Origin: Phallusia mammillata | Lineage: Eukaryota | Direction of reading: 5' to 3' | DNA length: 64,000 nucleotides | NCBI GenBank assembly: GCA_965637545.1 | Contig: OZ281496.1 | Coordinates: 8,370,001 to 8,434,000 of the forward strand | In this document: one piece after another, positions 36,876 to 48,300 of the stretch | Numbering within the stretch: the first letter of the stretch is position 1 | Layout of the letters: each line of letters opens with the position of its first letter | The notes under the pieces: model-generated | What the model saw: only the letters and a program-made list of their open reading frames with translations | Databases searched by the model: none | Told to the model about the DNA's origin: nothing | Made by a program: the position numbers and the translations under genes

Positions 36876-37051
36876 CTTGATAACTTTGCTTATGCACAAT
36901 TCAAAGTCCAAAGTTGAAATCTTCAATTTCAACGAGTTCCATGAGTTGAAAAACTTTATTTTTCAACGATTTCCGTAAGTTGAACACTTGTGTTCCAAAA
37001 GTTGAAAAACTTTATTTTTCAACAGTTTTTCCGTAAGTTGAAAAACTTTAA

Positions 37052-37782
37052 TGTAACGACCGCTAGGTGCGCAGCCTGGCCCTGCGCCGTTCGTCACACT
37101 AGATAACCCTTTTTTTTAGTAAAACGCGCCCGTCCTACAGCCTGTCCTCCAAGACGACCCACTCTTGCATTTGCAACGAATGTTCTTTTTTGGCGATAAA
37201 AGGCAACGCTGACGAATAAACCAAGACGACAACGTCAATAGCAACGGCAACGGTTTTTCTGTAACCACAAATAATTTACATAAGCCATACGTATACATTA
37301 TGACGTCATAGCGACCATCACACAATAAGCAGTTTTAACAGTACACACAAGGTTTTAAACTAAATCTACATTAATCGGTCATATTTTACATTAGATTACT
37401 TCCAAATTACTCATAACAAGTCAAGTTACTGTTAAAATACACATTAACACAAGTTAAACACAAATCAAGCAAAAACATAAAACATACCAACTGTTGGGTA
37501 ACCAGGGCTTTACTAGCACGCGGCTAGAGGTTCCACAACTGACAATTCAGCATTTTAGCTATTGCTCTTAACATTTACAGTTTCACTATAAACAAAATAG
37601 TCACAAGAAATTAGGATAAATTCACTTAAATTGACTGCAAACCTAGCAACTAACGCAGCTCACAAAAACGTGGCGTTCAAAGCACATGCTCTGTCGCGGA
37701 TGAATATTTCAATACGTCACGAATAAACGAGAACTTCCAAGCGGAAATCACCCAAGCGGAACAATTAATTCTCGCTGTAACA
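37052..37782 (-). repeat. 5' LTR of the BEL/Pao element (731 bp)
   Basis: Direct repeat of 31235-31964, followed by TSD CGCAG. Confidence 0.95.
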
Positions 37783-38007
37783 CGCAGTTTTAATGTATCA
37801 CATCCGATATTCATATCACATCCTTATAGCTGAGTGGATAGATGATTCTTTTATGACATTTTGTTTTTGGTCAGAATGTCACATTGAATTATTATTTTCT
37901 CAGAAACAAACAACAGGATGACTTTGATTTTCTTTTTTAACGTTCGTTTCTCTTATGTAGAGTATATGTACTGATCTTCAATAAAAGCAGATTATAAAAT
38001 TACCATT

Positions 38008-39064
38008 ATGGGTAGAAAGTGTTGTGTGACAGGTTGCAGAAGTGGCTATGATTCACAAGACAAAACCTCAGTTTTTCGGTTGCCCCGTGATAAATGTCAA
38101 CGTTTGAGATGGATTAGTGCAATACCTCGTGATAATATTCCAGACAAAGCAGATACAATTGTGTGTGAGAAGCATTGGCCAGCAGGGTATGAGAAGCTGT
38201 TATCATATGGCAGATATCGACCAGCAAATCCACCTTCAGTTTTTACTTGTGTACCACAAAGTTTAATTCCCACTGCCAGCAGCAAACCAAGATCCACGAA
38301 AAAGGCTTTGTCAAACCAAAGAAGCATTTTTGAGGATGAGATCAATGAATTGGAAATGAAAGATAGGTTACCTACAGATTTAAATGAATTAATTGAGTCC
38401 TTGAACAAACGTTCTTTTCCTGTCCCTGTAATTTCTTATAAAAGTGATGATAATGTGATAATCCAGTCTAAACACTGCATATCTGGAGTACCTTCATTTT
38501 ATATTAAAATTTCAAATACTTTCACTCATGAATGTTTTCATGTTGGTGTAAAATGCACCATTCCTTCATTGCGTTCTAACAAGGTTTTCACATTAGACAG
38601 ATGGTCACACATAGAAGAGGCAGTTAATTATCTTTGTCATACAGAAGAAAGCCATAATAGCAAAGTCATATCAGATTACAGAAACTCAATTGCAGCTGCA
38701 CAGATGGTTGGCAAGCCTGTATATTCGGCTGAGGCATTTACAAGGGCCTTTGATTATTTTGCCTCATCCAGATCAACTTATGAAAGGTTTAGACAGGATC
38801 ATAAGCTTCCCAGCACCAAAACAATAACAAGAATTACATCCCGAATTGGCAATACTGATGACTTGGTGTTCTTAAATGAAGTAAGCAAAAGTTTAGAAAC
38901 CAAACAGAGAAATAGTATTATTATGATTGATGAAATTTATGTGAAAGCATCTCTGTCTTATCATGGTGGCACAGTTTTTGGAAAGGCAAAAAATAATACA
39001 GATCACTTAGCACGGACAATACTTGCAGTAATGGTTAAATGTATGTTTGGAGGGCCACAATTTT
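38008..39064 (+). pseudogene. THAP-domain P-element-like transposase, N-terminal part
   Basis: THAP C2CH motif (CCVTGC...FRLP...WISAI...VCEKHW), then HKLPSTKTI and IIMIDEIYVK. The ORF is cut at PQF (39064), where the sequence switches strand. Confidence 0.9.
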
Positions 39065-39512
39065 GTAATCATCACATGAGCTGATAATAGTTCTCAACGG
39101 ATCCCTAAATCTGATGTCTGTACCTGGTCGTCTTACATTAACAGTTTTCCAAAACTTGACAAACATTTTTAAAAACATTAAGGTGGCATGGTTGTTGTGG
39201 TCTACAACTGCTGTGTGTGTTTCTAAAGCAACTATGGTTTCCTCTGAAAACACTCTCAAGCATGTAAGTACATTTTGGCGCTCAATGGGTCTTGGATAGA
39301 CTGCAATATAATTTAGCCTGGATAGTTTAAGTAATGAATCTTCTTCTGCCTTGAATAAATCCCTTAAATCAGACCACCTTGCAACACAATCATCCCCTGA
39401 ATCATCTTTAAACCTAATTTCTCCACACTTTTCAGACAGCCAATTATTTCGAATGCACTTCAATAAATGGACATAGTCAAATAAAAGATGTATTTGGTCA
39501 TTTCTTGTGACC

Positions 39513-39712
39513 NNNNNNNNNNNNNNNNNNNNNNNNNNNNNNNNNNNNNNNNNNNNNNNNNNNNNNNNNNNNNNNNNNNNNNNNNNNNNNNNNNNNNNNN
39601 NNNNNNNNNNNNNNNNNNNNNNNNNNNNNNNNNNNNNNNNNNNNNNNNNNNNNNNNNNNNNNNNNNNNNNNNNNNNNNNNNNNNNNNNNNNNNNNNNNNN
39701 NNNNNNNNNNNN
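39513..39712. other. Assembly gap (200 N) flanked by a 484-bp direct overlap
   Basis: 39029-39512 is repeated at 39713-40196. Confidence 0.95.
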
Positions 39713-39748
39713 TAATGGTTAAATGTATGTTTGGAGGGCCACAATTTT

Positions 39749-40949
39749 GTAATCATCACATGAGCTGATAATAGTTCTCAACGGATCCCTAAATCTGATG
39801 TCTGTACCTGGTCGTCTTACATTAACAGTTTTCCAAAACTTGACAAACATTTTTAAAAACATTAAGGTGGCATGGTTGTTGTGGTCTACAACTGCTGTGT
39901 GTGTTTCTAAAGCAACTATGGTTTCCTCTGAAAACACTCTCAAGCATGTAAGTACATTTTGGCGCTCAATGGGTCTTGGATAGACTGCAATATAATTTAG
40001 CCTGGATAGTTTAAGTAATGAATCTTCTTCTGCCTTGAATAAATCCCTTAAATCAGACCACCTTGCAACACAATCATCCCCTGAATCATCTTTAAACCTA
40101 ATTTCTCCACACTTTTCAGACAGCCAATTATTTCGAATGCACTTCAATAAATGGACATAGTCAAATAAAAGATGTATTTGGTCATTTCTTGTGACCCATG
40201 GTTTATCTGGAACTGTGTCAAACTTTTTGAAGAAAGCTTGGTTGACTCTGCTGCCATCACATACTATGGCAATGACGTTCATTGTGCACTTCTTCATCTG
40301 ATCAATCAACAACGTTATTTGTTCATACTGAAATTCTGCTGTTAGCCGGTAAACAGGAATCATTTTAATTAAAAATTGTGGCCCTCCAAACATACATTTA
40401 ACCATTACTGCAAGTATTGTCCGTGCTAAGTGATCTGTATTATTTTTTGCCTTTCCAAAAACTGTGCCACCATGATAAGACAGAGATGCTTTCACATAAA
40501 TTTCATCAATCATAATAATACTATTTCTCTGTTTGGTTTCTAAACTTTTGCTTACTTCATTTAAGAACACCAAGTCATCAGTATTGCCAATTCGGGATGT
40601 AATTCTTGTTATTGTTTTGGTGCTGGGAAGCTTATGATCCTGTCTAAACCTTTCATAAGTTGATCTGGATGAGGCAAAATAATCAAAGGCCCTTGCAAAT
40701 GCCTCAGCCGAATATACAGGCTTGCCAACCATCTGTGCAGCTGCAATTGAGTTTCTGTAATCTGATATGACTTTGCTATTATGGCTTTCTTCTGTATGAC
40801 AAAGATAATTAACTGCCTCTTCTATGTGTGACCATCTGTCTAATGTGAAAACCTTGTTAGAACGCAATGAAGGAATGGTGCATTTTACACCAACATGAAA
40901 ACATTCATGAGTGAAAGTATTTGAAATTTTAATATAAAATGAAGGTACT
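39749..40949 (-). pseudogene. Inverted copy of the central part of the same P-like transposase
   Basis: 40372-40949 is the reverse complement of 38487-39064. It continues through IVCDGS and FDYVHLLKCIRNNW to SSCDDY, where it is truncated. The same segment also appears at 39065-39512, before the gap. Confidence 0.9.
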
Positions 40950-41552
40950 ACTTTCACCTATTTGTGTGATAATTATTCAGGTTTCTCCTTTTCAGATTTA
41001 ATTTTTGTTCATTTTAAAATTGAATTTGAACTGTTTCCAGCAACACTTTATTGAACACACTCTGTTTACCCCCTTTTCATGCTGTGTTTTTTTTACTTTT
41101 TTAATCTCCCTTTTTGAAACAAACATGTTTCGCATTAATAACAAAGTAAGATGATCTTTACAACATAAAAGAACAATTTTTGCCAAGAGACAATTCTTAT
41201 TACGTGGTAACAACGGAGTCGTTTATTAAATTTCTTTGTTTGAGAAGTGAACGTTGCATTCCGTGGACTAAAAGCATTCTTTTGCTTAGCTGGATGTTAA
41301 ATCCCCGACGCTCTGGGCAGTTTTATTAGTTCTTTTGTCAAAATTGAACTTACAAGGTTTTTGACGTCACAATAGCAATGCAATCATTACTCGTTTTACT
41401 GCAGAAAATGCCATTCACAAACCCGCCCAAAAAAGGCGCAACCCGCAACTCATGAAAAAAGCCCGCAACTCGACGTCCAAAGCAGCCCAATTCGGCAACA
41501 AAAGCGCAACCTGGCAACACTGATCAGATTGCTTAACTAACAACATATATAG

Positions 41553-41871
41553 CAGGGGTGGGCAACCTTTGTTAACGTAGGGCCAATTATAAATGTCAAA
41601 ATTGGAGCGCGGGCCGCACATGTGCATAACACAAAGTGATTTTGCTTCGTTTCTTACCAAATATGCTTAACTACACGAATAATTCGTATTTAATTCTAGC
41701 CACATTTTGCCAGATCGCAGAAAACTAGCACCAGGCGCATTAATAAAATAAAAAATATGTAATAATTGGACTCGTTTGCCAGAACTTTTGAAATCCAAGC
41801 GTCACTGAGGGCCGCACAAGTTTTAATGAAGGGCCGCATGCGGCCCGCGGGCCGCAGGTTGCCCACCCCTG
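41553..41871. mobile_element. hAT-type MITE present only in the right arm
   Basis: TIR CAGGGGTGGGCAACCT / AGGTTGCCCACCCCTG with a perfect 8-bp TSD ATATATAG; the empty site is seen at about 30125-30135. Confidence 0.92.
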
Positions 41872-42845
41872 ATATATAGTGTAGTCGTGGACAAAAGTTA
41901 ATATTTGGCAAATAGTTTAATTTGTAGATAAAATTAGGGCAGAAATCCAGATTTGGTACAGTTGAAAGCGTTTATCGAAAAAAGAATTTTCGTTCGGCTC
42001 ATCCTCATGGACGAAAATGTTTTTTCCACCCGAACCTATTAGGGCTGGTTGGGAAACTAGTTTAAAATTTTTTGTGGTTATAGTTTCTCAGTGCGGTTTT
42101 GCTTCTGTGAACGAAGCTGAGTTGAATGTAGTTGTTGCTGTTTCTTGTAACAACTTTATTCGACAATTTACTACAACTGAAGGCTCTTCGAGAATGGTCG
42201 CTTATTTTCCGGCTGGAGGATTGACTAGAGGCGACATCTGTGAGGTAACGTTTTCCGTCGATTGTGTCCTTTTTCATCAAGTTGCAAGCGGGCTTAAAAG
42301 TCCTAAATCAAAAGTACAAGCCTCTAAATCCGGCCTAAACCCTCGACTTAAAACTCGAGCTCTTTAAAAGAAAACTGTTAATTTGAGCCACAAAAAATAA
42401 TCACTTTTTTTTCACAAACTTTTGTTTACTTTTTGTATAAACGGCATTTTTTTTCTTTTTGTGATTTTATTTGTTTGTTTTTTTTCATGTTCAATTTTTT
42501 GCTGTTGATATTATTAACTTAGTTAATTTGAAACAAACATCAATCGTATTTTAACTCAAGAATCTTGACTAACGTACCTAGTCTTATGATAAATCCCAAT
42601 GCCGATTTTCTTACTATGAAGGTTTACGAGGGAACTGACGACACAGGAGTATTAGCCGGTACCTTGCCTGGTGGTATTACTCCTTTGCCTGTTCTTATTA
42701 ACGGACCATCCGCCTATGTCAGCTGCGTAACTCTTGCTTCCTTTATCTCCATCTCCTTGACAATCCATCCAGGTGAGCAACGTTTATTGTCGAATCTGTA
42801 AGTATGATAAGACAAACATGCAGTCATAACTGGGACCAGCCCTGA

Positions 42846-43055
42846 CCCTCTGTAGCTCAGTTGGTAGAGTGCGAGTCCCGAAAAGGTGTCTGTCGTGGGT
42901 TCGAATCCCGCCGCAGGCTTGATTTTTCTCCCCTATCCCTGACGTGCATCGTGATTGCTGGTATGCATCCACGCTTTAGGCCGGATTCCAGCAATGAATG
43001 TATGTTTTTCCTAACTGGTATACTTAACATACTTAACTGGTCAATCTGTCGATCC
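42846..43055 (+). mobile_element. tRNA-derived SINE-like element (duplicate of 28950-29160)
   Basis: A box TAGCTCAGTTGGTAGAG and B box GGTTCGAATCC; cloverleaf stems incomplete. Confidence 0.55.
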
Positions 43056-45265
43056 CATACTACAAAGCTTATATGTGCAACATACGTGTAAGGCAGCAGT
43101 GGTTGTGATTGGTCTTTCAAAAAATTCACCACTGGGATTGTGTACAATGGAATGTTTGGTGACCCGCTGATTTAGTATGTTAATGTATACATGATAGCTT
43201 TACATGTGATTTTGCATCACAGCCATGATGTGCGGAGAAGACGTTACAGGACCTATGTACAATTTACAGTCTCCTAACTTTCCGGGTAATTATCCTCCGT
43301 GGTCAGCTTGTGTTTGGAACTTTAAGCTCGATACCAGAACTTCTTTGGTTTTTCAATTCTCGACTTTTCACACCGAGAGTCACGTCGACGTTCTCTTCGT
43401 GAGATAGTTCTTATTTTTGTAACTACTTTTATTTGAATCGACTTTTTCAAAACGGTTTACTTGAAACCAAGGATGTTTTTTACACAATAACTATTTGACG
43501 CTCCAATATTTTGTGACACTGATTTTTGTCTGAAACATTATTCAGTTTAAGTACGATGATGTTACTATTTCAATCTTTGGGGATCAGGGAAGTTTTTCAC
43601 TTCAAATGAATACAACAACTCTCACTGTTTTGTTCGTCAGCAATTTCGAAAACAATGAAATGGGATTTAGCGCGACAGTAAGTGCGCCAGGTAGGTAAAA
43701 GTTCATTTTGTTTTCTTTGGATAACATGGCTGTCCCAAGAACAAATGCGAATCGAGTTTTCTTTATCTGTGTATCGTTAAATTGGCCCGAAGCCCGGTCC
43801 GAACCCAAATCTTTTTTTAGTTTAGTTTTAGATTTTTGTAGTCCGTTTCAACCCAAAAGGGTAATTGACAGGTCCACACGTTAAGGCCTACAAAAAGTAA
43901 GGATGTACAGAATAGAATAATGAAGACATGCACAATGGACATTATTAGACAATGACTTAAACAAGACGTTTAAAAGCTGTGGCAACATCAACTAGCTATG
44001 CTAGCGGCAAATACACTTATTGCATCACAACGTATCAAATACCTGTTCAAAGTGCCTTTAATAGTCTTAAACAGTATCAAAAAAACACAATATATTATGT
44101 GACATTTTAAACTGCTTCATAGTAAGGTTACGTGGTTGTTGAGTGGTTTGGGGTACAACCACGGAAGTTGCAACCAAAATTTATCCAACAATATGGCCAA
44201 GCTTTTACTGTGTTATTTTTTTTTGTAGAAATGCCCCAAGCAGTAGAATGCAGAGAAAAAGATTTGGGTCATCACGTGAGTTTGTTCCCAACAACAGAGA
44301 TACAGTGTTAGATGAAATAACGCTTTTACGGCGTTCATGCAAGCAACAGAATGATGTTTTGTAGCATAAGACAATTAAAATGCCTTGTGACCACATCAAC
44401 GTAACTGTCGTCGCCTGTTTGGGTTAAGTTTATTCCGATTGGTGTATAAAACAGCACATAGCGGCACAATAGCACCGAAATAGTCACTGAGTCGGAAACA
44501 GCTGCGTGAAACGTCATAGAGCACAAAATAGTGGAAGGCACAATTGATGGACGATGGCTAGAGTAACAGAGTGGTTTAATATATAATAGCGGTGTACTCA
44601 TCTTACGACATGACACACACACGGTTTCAGAGGCAGCGTCATTTTGCCTCAGTCATTATTTCTTCTCTTGTTTGTAGTCAGTTGATCTAAAAGAATTTTT
44701 TTTTCAAATTTGTTTTTCTAGGAAGCTTTTTAAAAAATTTGAATAGACGACATGTATTTTATAAGATTTGGCCGGTTGGCTTTAATTGAACTGCAAAGAG
44801 TAATAACACATTCTTTTCAGAATAACAGAAGATCAGCAGAACACATTAGATTACGAATTCGGTGACACGTTTTACATTGCATTGAACCGGGAAACTCCCC
44901 TAAAAAAACTCCCCCCCCCCCCCCCCCCCCCCCCCTTAAGAAACTCCCCCTCTCTCAACTCAATGACAGCTGCAAAGGTCATGTCCTCCGACCCGGCGTT
45001 CGTGTTTGACCTTGGCCAATGCGAAGGCCTCTATAAGGTAACAATAAAAATTTGTCAAAATATTACGTTGTTCAAATTGTAGCCTTGATTTAAATTACAG
45101 AGAAAATGATTGTTGCGTCAAGTTTATAGGCAAAAAATGCTAAATACAAATGCAAGAAACATTTGCATGATAAGTAAGTTGCGAACAGTGCATACTGTTT
45201 CGTCTTGCCGTTCCTAACAAACTGAAGTGCCGCAGTGTGGCTATACACTAGCCTATACCATCAGT

Positions 45266-45334
45266 GCATTGTTACGAGCTGCGTTGATGAGACTATCAGT
45301 CGAAACAATGTGAATTGTCTGCAGCTGACAATGC
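45266..45334 (+). ncRNA. Type I hammerhead ribozyme motif (C3U variant) in an intron of paralog C
   Basis: Stem I AGCTGCG/TGCAGCT extended by GCATTGT/ACAATGC; core TTGATGA; stem II GACT-atc-AGTC; GAAA; stem III ACAA-tgtgaa-TTGT; cleavage triplet GTC at 45317-45319. Confidence 0.72.
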
Positions 45335-48300
45335 TTTGAACTAATCGTACATACAAAACTGCTTCCAAATTTCTATATTTTACACAATGAAAACGGAACG
45401 GTGTCGGTGTCTTTCCTGATCTGGAGATACCTAGCTCCAACCTCTGCCGTGATCCAACGCGACGTTCAAAACAAGCTCAATGTGACTTGCCTTTTTGAAG
45501 CCGGTCAACTTGTCTCGTCTTTGAACGTCCAACCTCAAGCCGGGCAAGGAAACACGAGGGGACCGAACCATTAGCTATATGTCTTATGCCACATAGCACA
45601 CAATATGCGAAACATAAACATGACACGTTTCATGCAATGACTTAATGTTGATTCAATAGTTGAATTGTTTTGGAGCGGAAATTTAGTTTGATTAATAGTG
45701 CTGACCAAACAGATACTAAAAGGCTAAAAATTACAATATTAAATTACTTTTTGTGGTTTCAAAATGTCCTCCGAAAATCTTCTGTTTATTTATTTAACAA
45801 GTAAACATTTTGCAGATCCGTTGAAATTTCATCTGAGAATACAGGATCCTTTGATGTCTCTCTAAGTATTTTCACCAATAAACATTTCAACGAAAGCTTG
45901 CCCGGGGAAGTCACTGTACCCAACTACATTTTTGCTCAAGTTCAACTTAATGAAATCTCTGCAAGCAACAATGACTTCATTGTCCAGGTGTGTTGAATAC
46001 AAAAACATGCTTTTGGTACATTTTTTTTATATAAATTTCCAAAAAAAGTAGAAATTTATGGTACAAGTCCTTTTTCTAATTTTAAACATGTCGAAGTGGT
46101 GCCTCAATGAAGTGATAATTAGGATTTATGCTGGACAAATTCTCAATGCAATTTTAAATTCAATGCAGTATTAGGTTACGTTATAGCTTCTAATTATTAC
46201 TACTTGAATTTAATCAAAATAAATCTGCACAGCTGGAAGAATGTTGGACAACCCGCGTTGAAAACTCCAGTGGTTTGCCGAACTACCTGGTTGTATAAAG
46301 CGGGTAAGCTTTGCTTATATCGGAGTAGCAGTGGGTGCTCTAGCTGTAACGTTTGTCAAAATTATTAGGTGCGTTGCGCCACCCAGTGGAAGTGAGGCTA
46401 CCGACGCGAAGATTTTGATCCGAAATTACGAAACCAACTTTGCAACGTTCAAGCTGATGAGCTTTGTGTGGACAAACTTTACCGATGCAGAACAATTTAT
46501 CTACATCCACTGCGACGTGACCGTCTGTCAAAACTCAACTGGACAATGCCCTGGACAGGTGAGTTGAGTTTGACAAAGTATCAAAGTCTTGATTTGCTAC
46601 AAACAAATATTTATTTTTTAGTGAAATGAGCTGATATATTGAGGTTAAAATACAATATTTGCTCTAAGATTATCTAATCAAAACCAAAAACATATGTATA
46701 TAAAGCTTACAGACATGTGGAGGTGTAGGACGACGATCTGTTGACAACAATGGACGCAACCAACGACTTTCTGCAGGACCAGTTTGTATCGTAAAAACTA
46801 CCAAGTATTTGCTTGTGCAAGGTAAAAACTTCCATTTTTCTTGTTATTCTATTTAATAGTGCTATATATTTCCGATATCTGTGTTAATTAAATAGTCAAT
46901 AATTATAATATAGCCTATGTGCTATGCTCTTTTATATATCTTTATATCTGAGCTAAACTCCCTATTTTCTTGCAGACACTGCAGGAGACAGAGATGAAGT
47001 AAATGAAGCAGCTGACAACATCTTCCCATTTGTGATGTATGTTCTTCTGACTGCTGTAATTATCGGAGCTGGTTACCTTGTATGGGGCAAAATTGCCCCA
47101 GATCCAATGGCGAAACAAATTCGTCCGTACATAAGATTTCACTACAGCTCAACAATGTATTGTGTATCTATTTCGATTACGCTTAACACTTCTCATTGCT
47201 AGTTTGTATTAACTTCATATTGAAATTTTTTTAGCTTCTTACAGAAAAAAATTGCAACACTTGTTTAAAAATTGAAAGTTGATGTTTGAAAAATTAATTA
47301 AGCAAATCGTTCTACGTTTTTTACAATGAATACTTTAATTAATTGCACTTAAGTGTTCGGTATTTTTTTTGAACAAATTTAACAAGCTAAGTAGCTAGTT
47401 GCTGGACCTGAAGTAATGTCAATCAACCCAAAAGCGCCTTGTTCCAATTGACCAATTGTGTATTGTGTTTGTTGTCTAGGTCTTTCCTGGTGCTTAACGT
47501 ATTGACCTGTCAATCAAACTTTTAGGCCCAAACGGGCTTCTCAAAAACGATCAGAGTTTGGGCCGGGGTTTGTACTTGTGCTTTTGGCCTCGGGCCGGGT
47601 TCAAGCTCCAGTTTAAGGCCCGTTTGCAACTCTGGAATGTACACTTGCGTTGTTTTGAATACGAACGACTTGTGTTTTACCCAGCGTTGCCTACAATTAA
47701 CAAGAATATAGAAAACGCTCGGTTAACCCAATTTCGCCTAATTATACCACCTTGCTGACCGTACATGTTGTTTTATATAGCTGACTAGTTTTCGTCACAA
47801 AGACAGTGAATTATATATTATAGCATAGCCAGTGTGTTTGTCAGCATGGGGCAGTCATATGGTGTAACGCATAAGCATTATTCGAAACCAGACCAGTTAT
47901 TCCTATTCGCAGTAGTACGTTTAAAGCAAATGTGATGAAAAAATACCTCTTAACAAATGCCTTATACATCGAAACCGTTCTTTGCAATCTTTTTTTCACA
48001 TTTCGTGCATAAAATTTGCTGGTGCGAGCGTTACAACCAAAAACATAATGAAACCGAAAACATTATGATTCGTTTCTGTCTGTGGCAAAAACGCAGCAAA
48101 ACAAGTATTTTTGAAACAGTGTGTGCCTGAAAGGATGCAAGGTCGATGCTGAGTTTACCTTTGTAAAGCAAAATAAAAAATAAAAAAGGCTTATCTTACT
48201 TTTTTGTGTGTTAGCATTTGGGAAAGGACTATCAGAATCTGTAAGTTGGAACAACCTTGACTAGGCAGTTTTTTGTTTTCTTTTGAAGCAAGCAGCAGAC

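Larger units (their letters stand above)
31235..37782 (-). mobile_element. BEL/Pao LTR retrotransposon, recent insertion, integrase core deleted
   Basis: Near-identical LTRs 31235-31964 and 37052-37782 (TGT...ACA), perfect 5-bp TSD CGCAG, polypurine tract GGGGGGTA adjacent to the 3' LTR, and a single gag-pol ORF. Confidence 0.97.
30868..39064 (+). mobile_element. P-element/THAP9-like DNA transposon, 5' portion, interrupted by the BEL element and truncated by rearrangement
   Basis: THAP-transposase ORF from 38008. The 5' end is tentatively placed at CATAGAG (30868) followed by an ATGGCG motif, a pattern recalled from animal P-type elements. The 3' TIR is not present, so the left boundary is uncertain. 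Confidence 0.55.
40949..45243. repeat. Right arm of the inverted segmental duplication (partner 26832-30728)
   Basis: Reverse complement of 26832-30728, plus arm-specific differences (a hAT MITE, a 50-bp poly-C block, 12 bp retained at the end of a CUB exon). Confidence 0.95.
42084..47130 (+). pseudogene. CUB-ZP paralog C: full exon set but multiply lesioned
   Basis: Exons 42084-42244, 42622-42772, 43223-43398, 43546-43690, 44229-44275, 44821-45037, 45386-45543, 45816-45987, 46233-46303, 46369-46558, 46713-46821, 46976 to about 47130. Lesions: +1 in the linker exon, AC instead of AG acceptor at 45384-45385, in-frame TAA at 46296-46298 (CAA in A), and loss of the normal stop (CCG TAC versus CTG TAG). 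Confidence 0.85.

Noticed and set aside
36913-37051. GTTGAAA...TTTCAAC repeats as a CRISPR array
   Set aside because: Only 3-4 irregularly spaced units, the spacers are partly repeated, there are no cas genes, and they lie inside a eukaryotic LTR retrotransposon leader.
39035-39463. Independent third transposase gene
   Set aside because: It duplicates the end of ORF 39719-40957 as part of the gap-flanking overlap.
39460-39759. ORFs spanning the N run
   Set aside because: Artefacts of translating the assembly gap.
42846-42920. Functional tRNA gene (and its mirror at about 29085-29160)
   Set aside because: A and B boxes are present but the acceptor and anticodon stems do not pair; it is better explained as a SINE head.
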